Assembly: GCA_039030515.1 (NCBI GenBank)
Contig: JBCCEA010000055.1
Span: forward strand, 1-17,046
DNA: 17,046 bases
Reading direction: 5' to 3'
Source: Myxococcota bacterium
GTDB taxonomy: Bacteria > Myxococcota_A > Polyangia > Polyangiales > Houyiibacteriaceae
Shown here: one piece after another, positions 7,973-17,004 of the stretch
Layout of the letters: every line of letters begins with the position of its first letter
Numbering within the stretch: the stretch's first letter is position 1
Made by a program: the position numbers and the translations under genes
Notes under the pieces: model-generated
The model's input: only the letters and a program-made list of their open reading frames with translations
Database searches by the model: none
What the model was told of the DNA's origin: nothing

Positions 7973-8060
7973 CGTTAGAGCGCGATCGCCCCTCAGCGAA
8001 GAGAACAAGGGCACGAGCCCGGCATCTGATGATGACGAGCGCGCCCCTAGGACGACCTGA

Positions 8061-10112
8061 CTAGGACGACTTGACGTCCCCCCTAGCAAAGATGCTGGCG
8101 ACGTAGGAAAGCACGTCCCGCGCGGAGGCTTCGTTGTATCCGTAGTACTTGATCAGCCGGTTTTTGATGACGTCGATCTTGTCCTGCGTTTCTTTGTCGA
8201 TCACGTTCGAGACAAAGCTCGACAGCTTGATCGAATCCTTTTGATCCTCGAATAGCTTCATCTCCAGCGCTCGGCGCAGTCGGTCGTTGGTCTCGTAGGT
8301 GAACTTCTTGCCTTCGATCGCAAGGGCGCCGATGTAGTTCATGATCTCCCGACGAAAATCGTCTTTTCTACTCTCGGAGATGTCGATCTTGTCCTCGATC
8401 GAGCGCATCAACCGCTCGTCCGGCTCGTCATCTCGTCCGGTGTAGCGATTCTTCACCTTCTCCTTGAGCGTGTAGGCGCGCACATTGTCGATGTAGTTGG
8501 CGCAGAGTCGAGCGATCGCATCTTCGTCGGCGCTGATCGCCCGCTGGACCTCGTTTTTCACGATCTCTTCGTACTCGGATTTCACCACGCTAATGAGCTC
8601 GGAGTACTTCTTACGTTCCTCCTCGTTGGCGATGAGCGAGTGGTGCTGCAGGCCTTTTTCAAGCTCGTTGAGGATCATGAACGGATTGATGTAGCCCTCG
8701 TTTCCTTCGCGAACCAAGGCGTTGGAGATCTTGTCTTGTACGTAGCGTGGAGACATCCCGTCGAGGCCTTCGCGCCTGGTTTCTTTGCGCAGCTCCTTGA
8801 CGTTGTCCTGGGTGTAGCCCGGTAGGATTTTGCCGTCGTAGAGCTTCATTTTTTGCAAGAGCGTCAGCTGATGCTTTTTGGGTTCTTCGAGCCTCGTGAG
8901 CACGGCCCACATGGCGGCCACCTCGAGGGTATGCGGGGCCACGTGTTTGCCGCGGAGACGTTCGCTGCTGAAGTCTTTCCGGTAGATTTTTCCCTCGTAG
9001 GAGATCCGGGTGATGTAGGGAATGTCGATCTTGATCGTGCGATCGCGGAGCGCCTCCATAAACTCGTTGCTGAGCAGTTTCTTGTACTCTGCCTCGTTGG
9101 TGTGGCCGATGATCACTTCGTCGATGTCGGTCTGCGCAAACTTCTTCGGCTTGACCTTATGTTCCTGAGTGGCTCCGAGCAGATCGTATAGGAACGCCAC
9201 ATCCAGCTTCAGCACTTCGACGAATTCAACGATCCCTCGATTGGCGATGTTGAACTCCCCATCGAAGTTAAATGCTCGAGGGTCGGAGTCCGAGCCGTAT
9301 TCGGCGATTTTCCGATAGTTGATGTCGCCGGTGAGCTCGGTGGAGTCCTGGTTTTTCTCGTCCTTAGGCTGAAAGGTTCCGATGCCCACCCGGTCCTGCT
9401 CAGAGAGTATCAGCCGTTTTACCCGGACGTGGTTCGCGATGACCTTACCCCAATCGCCCTGGTACTTTTCCATCAGCGCGGTGAAGATGAATCGAGAGGC
9501 GGGATTCAGATCGCCCGCGACCTTCACCCTGACCTCGTCGTTGCCGAGTTTGAGCTGGTCGATCGCTTGGGCCCGCCATTCCGGTGGGATCAACCGCAGG
9601 GGCTCCTCGTGCATCGGGCAGGGGAAGTGCGCGTCTCCGCCTGCCAGTCCGGTGTGCTCCAGATGGGTCCACACATAGGTGTAGAGTGCGCCCTCTTGCG
9701 TCCGGCTGTAGTGCTCTACCCCTTTTTTGAGCAACCGAGCGATCGTGCTCTTGCTCGAGCCCACCGGCCCATGCAGCAAGATGATCCGTTTTTCTGGACC
9801 GTACCCCTGCGCTGCTGCGCGAAGGACGTGGACGAGTCGCATCAGCGGGATGTCGAGTCCAAAGATCGCGTCTTTGCCGTGACCGATCGGATCGGTGAAG
9901 AAGGGATATCGAACTAGGCGCTTCTTGTTGTCGATGTACTCTTCTTCGCCGAAGCTGACGATCATATCGTAGAGACGTTGGAATGCGTTGCGTGTGATAT
10001 GCGGCTTGTCCCGCACGATGTTTAGGTAGTCTTCGAACGATCCTTCCCAGTGAAGATCTCGATACCGGTCATAGTCCTGCAACGCGGCGATGCGCGCGAC
10101 CATTTCACCCAT
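8061..10112 (-). CDS. prkA: PrkA/YeaG-family AAA+ serine protein kinase
   Basis: WEGSFEDYL, Walker [64 protein letters not shown] and [13 protein letters not shown] 10112 has AGGAGG about 10 nt upstream, so it is preferred over 10238. Confidence 0.95.
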   Translation of the reverse strand: MGEMVARIAALQDYDRYRDLHWEGSFEDYLNIVRDKPHITRNAFQRLYDMIVSFGEEEYIDNKKRLVRYPFFTDPIGHGKDAIFGLDIPLMRLVHVLRAAAQGYGPEKRIILLHGPVGSSKSTIARLLKKGVEHYSRTQEGALYTYVWTHLEHTGLAGGDAHFPCPMHEEPLRLIPPEWRAQAIDQLKLGNDEVRVKVAGDLNPASRFIFTALMEKYQGDWGKVIANHVRVKRLILSEQDRVGIGTFQPKDEKNQDSTELTGDINYRKIAEYGSDSDPRAFNFDGEFNIANRGIVEFVEVLKLDVAFLYDLLGATQEHKVKPKKFAQTDIDEVIIGHTNEAEYKKLLSNEFMEALRDRTIKIDIPYITRISYEGKIYRKDFSSERLRGKHVAPHTLEVAAMWAVLTRLEEPKKHQLTLLQKMKLYDGKILPGYTQDNVKELRKETRREGLDGMSPRYVQDKISNALVREGNEGYINPFMILNELEKGLQHHSLIANEEERKKYSELISVVKSEYEEIVKNEVQRAISADEDAIARLCANYIDNVRAYTLKEKVKNRYTGRDDEPDERLMRSIEDKIDISESRKDDFRREIMNYIGALAIEGKKFTYETNDRLRRALEMKLFEDQKDSIKLSSFVSNVIDKETQDKIDVIKNRLIKYYGYNEASARDVLSYVASIFARGDVKSS

Positions 10113-10224
10113 GCGGATTCGCCTCCTATCTGGGCAGGTTACCAGCTGGGCACCACAACGGGCGATAGGTAAATCGAGATGGTTTCGTCTGATCGGCTTC
10201 GATGATTCGATCCTGCAGGGCCCG

Positions 10225-10239
10225 CGTGCTTCAAGCACG
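10225..10239. promoter_or_regulatory. Perfect 7-1-7 inverted repeat in the divergent prkA/phoH intergenic region (candidate operator)
   Basis: cgtgctt-c-aagcacg, roughly midway between the two start codons. Confidence 0.35.
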
Positions 10240-10320
10240 AAAACGTCCCGGCCGACCGCGGCGTTTTTGTAGCGCGTCTCCCTTTGAGCTGGTGATCAAC
10301 CCTTGGTAGGCTGCGGCCAC

Positions 10321-11652
10321 GTGTCCAAAATTTTCGTCCTCGATACGAACGTCCTTCTGCACGACCCCCAAGCGATCGATAAGTTCGAGGATAACGACAT
10401 CGTTATCCCGATTTACGTGATCGAAGAGGTCGATCAGTTCAAGAAAGAACTCTCCGAGCTTGGTCGGAACGCGCGTCAAGTGGCTCGCAACCTGGATGCA
10501 CTGCGTGACCGTACGGCGAATGCACTGCAGGACGGCGTGAGTCTGCCTGCAGGAGGGTCTCTTCGCGTGGCGCTGCCCGCCGAGTCTGCCCCGGGAGTTT
10601 ATGCGGAGCGGCGGAGCTCCATGGACAACGCGATCCTCAAGAGTGCCTTGGAGATCCGAGATGCCCATCCCGATCGGACGGTTGTGTTCATCACCATGGA
10701 CTCCAACCTCCGAATACGCGCGGATGCATGTGGGCTGAGAGCAGAAAATTATGAAGGCGGCCGAATTCGCATCGACGAGCTGTTTTCGGGTATCGTGCAA
10801 ATACGGTCGACGAAAGAAGTCGTCGATCGCCTTGGAGCCCGAGAGATGGTTCCGCTTGATGTTTTGGAACTGGGGCAAGAGCTCACGCCCAACGCCTGCC
10901 TTATCGTTTCGGATCGCAATGCGCCGCGCCACACGGCTCTCGGACGTTACGACTTGGATAAATCCGCTGTGGTTCCCCTGCTGGTAGGACGTGACGGCGC
11001 GTGGAACGTGCGACCGCGCAACGTCGAGCAGCGTTTCGCCCTAGACTTGCTGCTCAATCCCTCTGTTCATTTGGTCACGCTCGTCGGTAAGGCGGGAACC
11101 GGCAAGACACTACTCGCGATCGCCGCGGGTTTGCGATCCGTGATCGACGAGGGATCGTTCGCTCGGCTTTTGGTTTCTCGGCCGATCTTCCCTCTCGGTA
11201 AAGATATCGGTTATTTGCCAGGCACCCTCGAGGAAAAGCTGAACCCGTGGATGCAGCCCATCTTCGACAATCTGGAGTACATATTTTCGACCGGACGTCG
11301 CCGGATGTCGGAGGTGAGAGACTACCAGGAGCTTCTTTCCGCCGGGGTCCTCCAAGTAGAGCCGCTGACCTACATTCGTGGCCGCTCGTTGCCCAATCAG
11401 TTTCTGATCGTCGATGAGGCTCAAAATCTCACGCCTCACGAGGTGAAGACGGTGATCACCCGATGTGGGGCCGATACCAAGATCGTGCTGACCGGTGATC
11501 CCCACCAGATCGACAACCCTTACGTCGACGTCGCCAGCAACGGTTTATCGATCGTTGCCGAGCGGTTCCGGGACGAACGGATTGCGGGACACGTCACCCT
11601 GAGTAAGGGAGAGCGCAGTGAACTGGCAGAGCGGGCGACGCTGCTCCTCTGA
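10321..11652 (+). CDS. PIN-PhoH protein (PhoH2/YlaK-like ribonuclease-ATPase)
   Basis: GTG start, then the PIN domain FVLDTNVLLHDP...VIEEVD...MDNAIL...ITMDSNLRIRA. PhoH ATPase motifs GKAGTGKT, IGYLPG..EEK..PW, YIRGRSL, IVDEAQN, LTGDPHQID and ERSELA. Confidence 0.95.
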   Translation: MSKIFVLDTNVLLHDPQAIDKFEDNDIVIPIYVIEEVDQFKKELSELGRNARQVARNLDALRDRTANALQDGVSLPAGGSLRVALPAESAPGVYAERRSSMDNAILKSALEIRDAHPDRTVVFITMDSNLRIRADACGLRAENYEGGRIRIDELFSGIVQIRSTKEVVDRLGAREMVPLDVLELGQELTPNACLIVSDRNAPRHTALGRYDLDKSAVVPLLVGRDGAWNVRPRNVEQRFALDLLLNPSVHLVTLVGKAGTGKTLLAIAAGLRSVIDEGSFARLLVSRPIFPLGKDIGYLPGTLEEKLNPWMQPIFDNLEYIFSTGRRRMSEVRDYQELLSAGVLQVEPLTYIRGRSLPNQFLIVDEAQNLTPHEVKTVITRCGADTKIVLTGDPHQIDNPYVDVASNGLSIVAERFRDERIAGHVTLSKGERSELAERATLLL

Positions 11653-11698
11653 ACAAGCCTGGCCGCGGACGGAAACAGAAGCGATACAGAAGTAGGTT

Positions 11699-12925
11699 GT
11701 GAGCAAGGGCAGGTTGGTGTTGCACAAGAGCAAGGCCCAAAGCGCGCTTGATATCGCGCTCCGGATTCTGAGTACCGCATCTCGGATTTTGCCCGCCATC
11801 ACGCCGTCCAATGCTCGGTCAGAGCGTCTTCGCCTGGCAGAGCTCGCGGCAAGGGGGCGGTTTGAAGACCCCAATTGGGAGCCTTGTGTTCGGCGGGTAC
11901 CTCGAGAAGTTTGGAGCACGCTGAAGGCCGCACGACGCACTGCACGAGGGCTTGTCGCTGCAGAGCTCTACTGCAGGCGTCTCGATGAGATCGAGCTTGA
12001 TCTCGGGATCTTGGCGGCTAGTCAGGATCCAAAAAAGGTTCAGAAACTCTCGGCCGAGCGATTTGGCACTGGCGACACCCAGGTAGTCGGGTTTGATGGA
12101 ACTCGATCGAGCGTTTCGGAAGTTGCCCGCCTCTTGCTGCAGACGGTGGATCCGGACTCAGAACCGCGCACGCTTTGTGCCGACGGCGCTCCGGACTCGC
12201 TCGCGGAGACGATTCGCCAAATGGCGCTCTTTGTGGGGCTTTCCCCGGTGGTTCGCGTAGAGCCGCAGCTCGCGTCCGCAGCAGCGACCGGTGATCGACT
12301 GGTTCTCGTAGCCGATCGGGCGTTTGGCTGTCGCGAGGTCCTGAGGCTCGCCGTTCATGAGGTTTTGGGGCATCTCGTCGCTGCAGGCAACGGTCGCGCT
12401 CAGCCGCTCCGGCTGTTCGAGCTAGGCACCGGGGGATCTTTTGTCGATCAGGAAGGGCTGTCGATTTTTTTAGAAGAAAAGGCGGGCTTGCTCGACAGGA
12501 GCCGGGTGCGAACCTTAGCGGCGCGTACGCTCGCCACCGACCGTGTCTACGGCGGGGCCTCGTTTTGTGATGTGGTCGCCGAAGCGGTTCGCGAGCTCCA
12601 CTGTTCACCTCTAGACGCGGTGATCCTCGCCGAGCGTGCGTTTCGAGGAGGAGGGGTGGCCCGGGACGTGAGCTACCTGATGGGCTGGCTTCGGGTCAGG
12701 CGCGCCGTGGCAGCAGGCGAGGTCTCGGTCGACGAGCTCCGCAACGGTAGAATAGGCCTCAATGACGTCGCATTCATGCGCAACCTCATGCGCGACGGCT
12801 GGACACGTCCCCCGGTTTACGCGCCCAGCTTGTCGCGAAGTCTCGAAGCCACCGCATTTGGCACGAGGCTGGAGACGTCTCCGCCTAGGTTTGAAACCTC
12901 CTTGATCAGGTTCGATGCCACATAG
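11699..12925 (+). CDS. DUF1704 / QEGLA-motif (MATCAP-like) zinc metallopeptidase
   Basis: HEVLGH (HExxxH) at 12356-12373 followed by N...QP, then QEGLS at 12449-12463 and R.FRGGG..RD..YL.G. Start codon is uncertain. Confidence 0.8.
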   Translation: MSKGRLVLHKSKAQSALDIALRILSTASRILPAITPSNARSERLRLAELAARGRFEDPNWEPCVRRVPREVWSTLKAARRTARGLVAAELYCRRLDEIELDLGILAASQDPKKVQKLSAERFGTGDTQVVGFDGTRSSVSEVARLLLQTVDPDSEPRTLCADGAPDSLAETIRQMALFVGLSPVVRVEPQLASAAATGDRLVLVADRAFGCREVLRLAVHEVLGHLVAAGNGRAQPLRLFELGTGGSFVDQEGLSIFLEEKAGLLDRSRVRTLAARTLATDRVYGGASFCDVVAEAVRELHCSPLDAVILAERAFRGGGVARDVSYLMGWLRVRRAVAAGEVSVDELRNGRIGLNDVAFMRNLMRDGWTRPPVYAPSLSRSLEATAFGTRLETSPPRFETSLIRFDAT

Positions 12926-13305
12926 AAGTAGTCCTCGTTTGCCATGATAAAGACGGTTTCGATCTCGGGACCGAGGTGCCGGTTCATCGAAGCCATTTGC
13001 AGTTCGTATTCGAAGTCGGCCACAGCGCGAAGACCCCGTAAAATCACACGGACGCCTTTTTTTCTGGCGTAGTCGACGAGGAGCCCGTCGAACGAATCGA
13101 CTTCGACTCGAGACTCACCGTCGATTTCCAAAGCGCTTTGCTGAATCATCGCGATTCGCTCTTCGACCGAGAACAGCGCCTTTTTCTTTGGGTTGTTGAG
13201 CACCGCGACCACCAGTCGATCGACGGCAACGAGTCCGCTCTTGATGATGCTGAGATGTCCGAGGGTGATCGGGTCGAAGGACCCCGGATAGATGGCCGTC
13301 CTCAT
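12817..13305 (-). CDS. coaD: Phosphopantetheine adenylyltransferase
   Basis: [43 protein letters not shown] and ETVF...ASNLIKEV...GGDVS; 162 aa. Confidence 0.98.
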   Translation of the reverse strand: MRTAIYPGSFDPITLGHLSIIKSGLVAVDRLVVAVLNNPKKKALFSVEERIAMIQQSALEIDGESRVEVDSFDGLLVDYARKKGVRVILRGLRAVADFEYELQMASMNRHLGPEIETVFIMANEDYFYVASNLIKEVSNLGGDVSSLVPNAVASRLRDKLGA

Positions 13306-13880
13306 GTCTTGGTCTCCGAAAGCGCGGCCATAGTAACCGTCGTATCGCCATAGCGGTAGGTGTCGGTGATCTGAAGTGCGGGGCCGAGGTCTATCGAATC
13401 CTTGGTCCGATGCTCGCAGACAAAAGTAGCGTCTGCGGTCACTAGCGCATGGGCTGCAAGGGCGCTCGGCAGAGCTTCGACCCGGTGCAGATCGTCGTAG
13501 GGTGGATCCATGAAGATCAGGTTCCAGGGGCCAGGTACGGTTTTGAGTCGGGCTATCGCGCGATCGAGCCGAAAGAGATCCAGGTTCAGGGTGGTGAGTC
13601 GTGTCCCAACGCCCAAGGACTCGGCGGTGCGTTGCAGGCTTTGAGTCAGCTTGCGGTTGCGATCGACTGCAAGAACATGGGCTCCGCCGCGGGAGAGAAT
13701 CTCAAGACCCATCGCTCCGCTTCCGCTGAAAAGGTCGAGCATGCGACGGCCCTCGATTCGATTTTTGGCGTGCAGGGCCGAAGCGATCGCCTCTCGAACC
13801 CGATCCGAAGTCGGACGCACGCCTGCCTCAGCGGGCATCCGAATGCCCCTACCTCGGAGTGTGCCGGCGATGATGCGCAT
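13302..13880 (-). CDS. rsmD: 16S rRNA (guanine(966)-N2)-methyltransferase
   Basis: [46 protein letters not shown] and YGDT. 4-bp overlap with coaD, the usual rsmD-coaD pairing. Confidence 0.96.
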   Translation of the reverse strand: MRIIAGTLRGRGIRMPAEAGVRPTSDRVREAIASALHAKNRIEGRRMLDLFSGSGAMGLEILSRGGAHVLAVDRNRKLTQSLQRTAESLGVGTRLTTLNLDLFRLDRAIARLKTVPGPWNLIFMDPPYDDLHRVEALPSALAAHALVTADATFVCEHRTKDSIDLGPALQITDTYRYGDTTVTMAALSETKT

Positions 13881-13883
13881 CTC

Positions 13884-15116
13884 TTAAAAACGGAGCACGG
13901 CCTGCAGACCCGCGTCTCCTTCGAGCGAAACATGAGGCTGCAAGCGAAACATCCGATCGCTACCGCTCGTGGCGTTTTGATTCGCGGCATTTCGGCGGCC
14001 CCGTGCATGACGCACCAAGAGCCAGATGGAGACGCCAAGCGTCGCTACGGTCAGGCTGCCCCAAATATATTGCTGCACCGACCAGGTGTCGTACCGATCG
14101 CAGATATCTTTGCCGTGACTCGCCAGACTCCGATCGCCCGGATCGTCGAGGGTTCCTCGAAATGCGACCACATCGGAGCAGACATTGCCCACGCTCTGAT
14201 CGCGAAGTTGACGGTAGGCATCGAACTTATCGTCGTTGGTGGCCGAGAATACGAGTGCGCTGGAGGTGATCGTCATCGCGCCAAAGAACGCGGAAAGCCC
14301 CAGCGTGAAATACCCCGGCCATGCAGCCGGTCTTCCGTCGCTTGCCGCTCTGGGGGAGCCTGCGGCAAAGGAGACACCCTCCGTTCGCGTCGCGGGCTGC
14401 AGTTCGATCGACAACTCCGTCGCGTTGTCGAAGGTGATGGTCGCCGTGGTCGCATGAGCGATATAGCCGTCCGCTCGAACCTCGATGCGATGTCGTCCCT
14501 CAGAGATCGCGTCGGTAGTCAGCGCTCCATTCGCGCCAGTCTCACCTACCAGAGCGTTGTCGATGTAGATCCTCGCGCCCGGCTGATCGGTTCGAACCCG
14601 AAGTGAGCCGGTCAGCTGCTGCTCAGCAAACAGCGCTACGTACCTGCGGGCATGGGATTGGATTCGGTTCAATTGCCCGGCGGGCACAGTATCCCAAGTG
14701 GAGCGAATCGCTCCTGAATCGACGTCGAAGTAATGGACGTTCAGTAAGAAACCATAGTTTGCCGCCGAACTGGTGCGTCGGCTTGTCCCGTAGATCAACG
14801 CATCGGTCTGCAGATGACTCGCGATTTCAGAGAGGCAGTCGACATCCAGGCGTTCGCAGGCGAAGGCGAGACCGAGCTGGGTAAGCGAAACTTCCCGGTC
14901 GCTCACGCTCCAGCTCTGCACTTCGGATGCCGCGATGCGGAGTGCCTGGGTCAAATCCTTTGCAAAAACGTCATCGCCCTCCTCTGAGTGCAGGTCGAGA
15001 ACGACGATGCTCGTCTGGGCTGAGACCGATGTGCTCCAAACCGATGCGCTCCAAAGAAAGACGAGGAACAACGTGATCGGGCTGAGCCCACCGTGCTTTA
15101 TTCGCGCAAAGGTCAT
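13884..15116 (-). CDS. Exported PEGA-domain protein with C-terminal hydrophobic segments and terminal Phe
   Basis: ATG 15116 yields a signal peptide (MTFARIKH...SVSA|Q). PEGA pattern GSLRVRTDQPGARIYIDNALVGET...EGRHRIEVRADGY, two hydrophobic helices, ending GLQAVLRF. The ORF-track extension to 15362 overlaps the kinase and is unlikely. Confidence 0.8.
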   Translation of the reverse strand: MTFARIKHGGLSPITLFLVFLWSASVWSTSVSAQTSIVVLDLHSEEGDDVFAKDLTQALRIAASEVQSWSVSDREVSLTQLGLAFACERLDVDCLSEIASHLQTDALIYGTSRRTSSAANYGFLLNVHYFDVDSGAIRSTWDTVPAGQLNRIQSHARRYVALFAEQQLTGSLRVRTDQPGARIYIDNALVGETGANGALTTDAISEGRHRIEVRADGYIAHATTATITFDNATELSIELQPATRTEGVSFAAGSPRAASDGRPAAWPGYFTLGLSAFFGAMTITSSALVFSATNDDKFDAYRQLRDQSVGNVCSDVVAFRGTLDDPGDRSLASHGKDICDRYDTWSVQQYIWGSLTVATLGVSIWLLVRHARGRRNAANQNATSGSDRMFRLQPHVSLEGDAGLQAVLRF

Positions 15117-15301
15117 ACGTCTCGGGTGATCCAATCGCTTCTTGGAACCATAGCGGTTTGCGATGCGGTGTGGCAACGCGCACCGAGGTCTTGGCCCCCT
15201 GAAAAGCCTTTCGATAGCTTTCGGTGTCGGCAGAATGTATGGATGCGCCTCAGGCGGTACTTTTAAGCGCGATTGAGAGACGCGAGGAGCTTTGACGTCC
15301 A

Positions 15302-16924
15302 GTGGATGAGTCGAGCCGAGAAGCTTACACGTCAATAAAATTGTGTCCTCAATGTGGAACACGCTATCACGCCGACGCCCAATTCTGCCAGCACGATGGC
15401 GTTCGCCTGGAGCCGTTGGTGGAGGACCCCTACATCGGTACCACCCTGCTCGGGCAGTTCCAGATCGAAGAGTTGATCGGTGTCGGGGGCATGGGTGCCG
15501 TGTACCGAGCGCGGCAGCAGAATCTCGATCGAGACGTTGCGGTCAAGATCCTGCACGGCGAGCTGGCAGGCAACGAAGACGTCCTGCGAAGGTTTCGTAG
15601 AGAAGCCAAGGTCACCACGAAACTGGATCACCCCAACGTGGTCGACGTCCTGCTCTTCGGGGCGCTGCCGGAGGGCAGCCCGTACCTGGTCATGGAATAC
15701 CTCCAAGGGGAGTCCCTCGGGGTGTTGCTCGGCCGTCAAGGATCGTTCCCGCTACAGCAGGCTCTGCACATCGGTGTGCAAATCGCGGACGGGATCGGCG
15801 CAGCGCACATGCAGCACGTCGTGCATCGAGACGTGAAGCCCGAGAACGTCCTGATCGCGCATCGGCAAGACGATCCCAACTTCGTCAAGGTGGTCGATTT
15901 TGGCATCGCCCGTCTTCTTCGAAGCCAGGGCACGGTCCAAACTCAGTCGGGGCTGATCTTCGGCACTGCGCGCTACATCTCACCAGAAGCTGCTGCCGGT
16001 GATCCGGCGGATGCCCGCAGTGATGTCTATTCGATCGGCGTGGTGCTCTACGCTCTGCTCACCGGAGCTCCCCCATTTGATGCGGCAACCCCCGTCGCAT
16101 TGCTCATGAAGCACGTTCAAGAGCCACCTCCGCCCATGCTTCAAAAAGGCACTGCCGTCCCGGCGCCCGTGGAGGAAGTCGTGATGCGCTGCCTTCGTAA
16201 GTCCCCTGCCGAGCGCTTTGAAGACGCCGTCGAGCTCGCCTCCGCGTTGAGGCAGGCTGCAGTTGCCGCTGGGGTTGAACTGCTCGCACCCACTCGTGCT
16301 GCCAGTGCCCTGCCGGCTCCGAGGCGAAGCGCTGCCGCGATGGGGGCGCATACCGAAGCGGTGTTGGCCGCCGCCCCAAATCCCTACGCCGGGCCCGCAA
16401 AGACAAAAGATCCAGAGCGATCGGCTTTGCTCCAATGGATCGCGACGATCGCCTTCGTCTTTGCGCTTGGCGCAGGCGCGGTTATTTCAGGTGCCTGGCT
16501 CGCGGGATTTCTCGACAGTTCTGAAAGCAGAGCCGAAACCGTGGTCGCTGACTCCACCGAGCCTGCCCAAACGCCAAATGTCGCAACGGAGCCAGAGCAG
16601 CCGGAGCCGACGCTTCAGGTGGTTCCAAGTTCACCGCATCGCCGCCAAGCCGTCACCCTCATCGGTGTCTTAGACCGCGATCAAGCGGTTCCCCCGGGAG
16701 TAGACCCTGTATTTCGCGTGTGGCGCGAAGAGCGCAGAATCCGAGGTGATGTTCCCGCGCATCGAGGACCCGTCGGTCACACCTGGCTCGCGAGCTACGT
16801 CTTCCCCCGAGGGGGTCGCCATGAAGTACGTCTGGAATACGGCAACGGCCCGGAGCACGTGGTTTTGGTGGGTATGACGATTGTAGTCGCCGTCACCGGC
16901 CGCGGCCGCCCAGGCACGCCATAG
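15302..16924 (+). CDS. Hanks-type Ser/Thr protein kinase with N-terminal zinc ribbon, TM helix and extracytoplasmic beta-domain
   Basis: CPQC..FCQHDG, IGVGGMGAVY, VAVK, HRDVKPEN, DFG, GTARYISPE, DVYSIG and TM WIATIAFVFALGAGAVISGAWLAGF. GAGGAG at 15284-15289. Confidence 0.96.
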   Translation: MDESSREAYTSIKLCPQCGTRYHADAQFCQHDGVRLEPLVEDPYIGTTLLGQFQIEELIGVGGMGAVYRARQQNLDRDVAVKILHGELAGNEDVLRRFRREAKVTTKLDHPNVVDVLLFGALPEGSPYLVMEYLQGESLGVLLGRQGSFPLQQALHIGVQIADGIGAAHMQHVVHRDVKPENVLIAHRQDDPNFVKVVDFGIARLLRSQGTVQTQSGLIFGTARYISPEAAAGDPADARSDVYSIGVVLYALLTGAPPFDAATPVALLMKHVQEPPPPMLQKGTAVPAPVEEVVMRCLRKSPAERFEDAVELASALRQAAVAAGVELLAPTRAASALPAPRRSAAAMGAHTEAVLAAAPNPYAGPAKTKDPERSALLQWIATIAFVFALGAGAVISGAWLAGFLDSSESRAETVVADSTEPAQTPNVATEPEQPEPTLQVVPSSPHRRQAVTLIGVLDRDQAVPPGVDPVFRVWREERRIRGDVPAHRGPVGHTWLASYVFPRGGRHEVRLEYGNGPEHVVLVGMTIVVAVTGRGRPGTP

Positions 16925-17004
16925 AGCCGCTTACCTTCGATGCTCGTCGCTCAACGTACTCAAAGTACGCCTTCGCTCCTGCGCTTCGAGGGCGCTGGCG
17001 CTCT
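16923..17004. repeat. Nested palindromic element (REP/MITE-like stem-loop)
   Basis: Arms agagc (16923-27) / gctct (17000-04), ccttcga (16934-40) / tcgaggg (16986-92), and apical hairpin cgtact-caa-agtacg (16955-69). Flanked by the direct repeat gcccaggcacgcc at 16908 and 17034. Confidence 0.6.

Larger units (their letters stand above)
6180..7978 (+). pseudogene. FHA-like domain, long disordered linker, TM, Pro/Ser/Thr stalk and TPR-like motif; one gene split by a frameshift at the C8 tract 7247-7254 (ORFs 6180-7343 and 7265-7978)
   Basis: N-terminal FHA pattern (IDVGSSSRC...GVARHHFEFYWDGEVLWVADL...GVTLNGVPL). The second frame is open only from 7211 (TAG at 7208-7210). One extra C gives ...FADPPPDQTMEV... 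and a continuous 599-aa protein. Could be a sequencing error rather than a true lesion. Confidence 0.72.

Noticed and set aside
10113..10238. N-terminal extension of prkA given by the ORF track
   Set aside because: A strong RBS precedes ATG 10112 and family similarity begins there. Extensions of tadC (3292), the FHA gene (4358) and the PEGA gene (15362) were trimmed on similar grounds.
10231..10932. 233-aa minus-strand ORF and other short ORFs nested in called genes
   Set aside because: They overlap well-supported genes on the opposite strand or in another frame and show no domain signal.
10321..11652. PIN domain as the toxin of a toxin-antitoxin or defence system
   Set aside because: It is the widespread PIN-PhoH fusion, and no adjacent antitoxin gene is visible.
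13449..14606. 385-aa + strand ORF
   Set aside because: Antisense shadow of rsmD and the PEGA gene with no recognisable motifs; long shadow ORFs are common in GC-rich DNA.
15117..15301. Promoter or operator in the PEGA/kinase divergent spacer (aaagc...gcttt near 15203-15221)
   Set aside because: The inverted repeat is short and imperfect, and no convincing sigma70 or sigma54 consensus is present.
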